Shown piece by piece: positions 63,804 through 64,000 of a stretch of DNA of 64,000 nucleotides. The stretch is from assembly GCA_035221665.1 (NCBI GenBank), contig CM069142.1:27404001-27468000 (forward strand), in the 5' to 3' direction. Within the stretch, counting starts at the first letter, position 1, and each line of letters opens with the position of its first letter. The position numbers were made by a program, and so were the translations under genes. Under the pieces are notes generated by a model. That model was not told the DNA's origin, made no database searches, and worked only from the letters and a program-made list of their open reading frames with translations. The DNA is from Okamejei kenojei. Taxonomy: Eukaryota.

Positions 63804-64000
63804 AAACATAGGTACAGGAGTAGGCCCTTCAGCCCTTCGAGCCAGCACCACATTCAATATGATTATGGCTGATCATCCGAAATCAGTACCCCGATCCTGC
63901 TTTCTCCCCATAGCCATTGATTCAATTAGCCCTAAGAGCTATATCTAACTCTCTCTTGAAAACATCCAGTGAATTGGCCTTCACTGCCTTCTGTGGCAGA
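63804..64000 (-). mobile_element. CR1 3' end (runs off the window)
   Basis: It has the same 3' UTR as the other copies. Confidence 0.85.

Overview
This is repeat-rich vertebrate genomic DNA, most likely from a cartilaginous fish such as a skate or ray. That assignment is inferred from the HE1-type V-SINEs, CR1 LINEs and Penelope-derived palindromes. One spliced host gene can be traced on the minus strand: a single-IgV type I membrane receptor of the TIGIT/CD226/nectin (PVR) family. It has an IgV exon (20376-20705), stalk (19468-19524), transmembrane exon (18841-18909) and probable cytoplasmic exons (14529-14552, 11194-11247), all phase 1-1. Its leader and last exons are unresolved. Just 5' of the IgV exon sits a full-length, nearly intact DIRS1-like tyrosine-recombinase retrotransposon (21270-26219). 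It has ITRs, an internal complementary region (ICR), gag, RT/RNaseH/MTase-like frames, an uninterrupted YR ORF, and a 6-bp circle-junction core at both ends. A second, decayed DIRS of a related lineage (about 36048-40680) splits a CR1. The rest is CR1 and Rex/Babar-type LINE fragments, a Penelope (GIY-YIG) element with an inverted terminal copy, many short Penelope-derived palindromes carrying a minimal hammerhead-like core, PIF/Harbinger-type MITEs, SINEs and satellites. All calls come from manual reading, and repeat boundaries are approximate unless a TSD is given.
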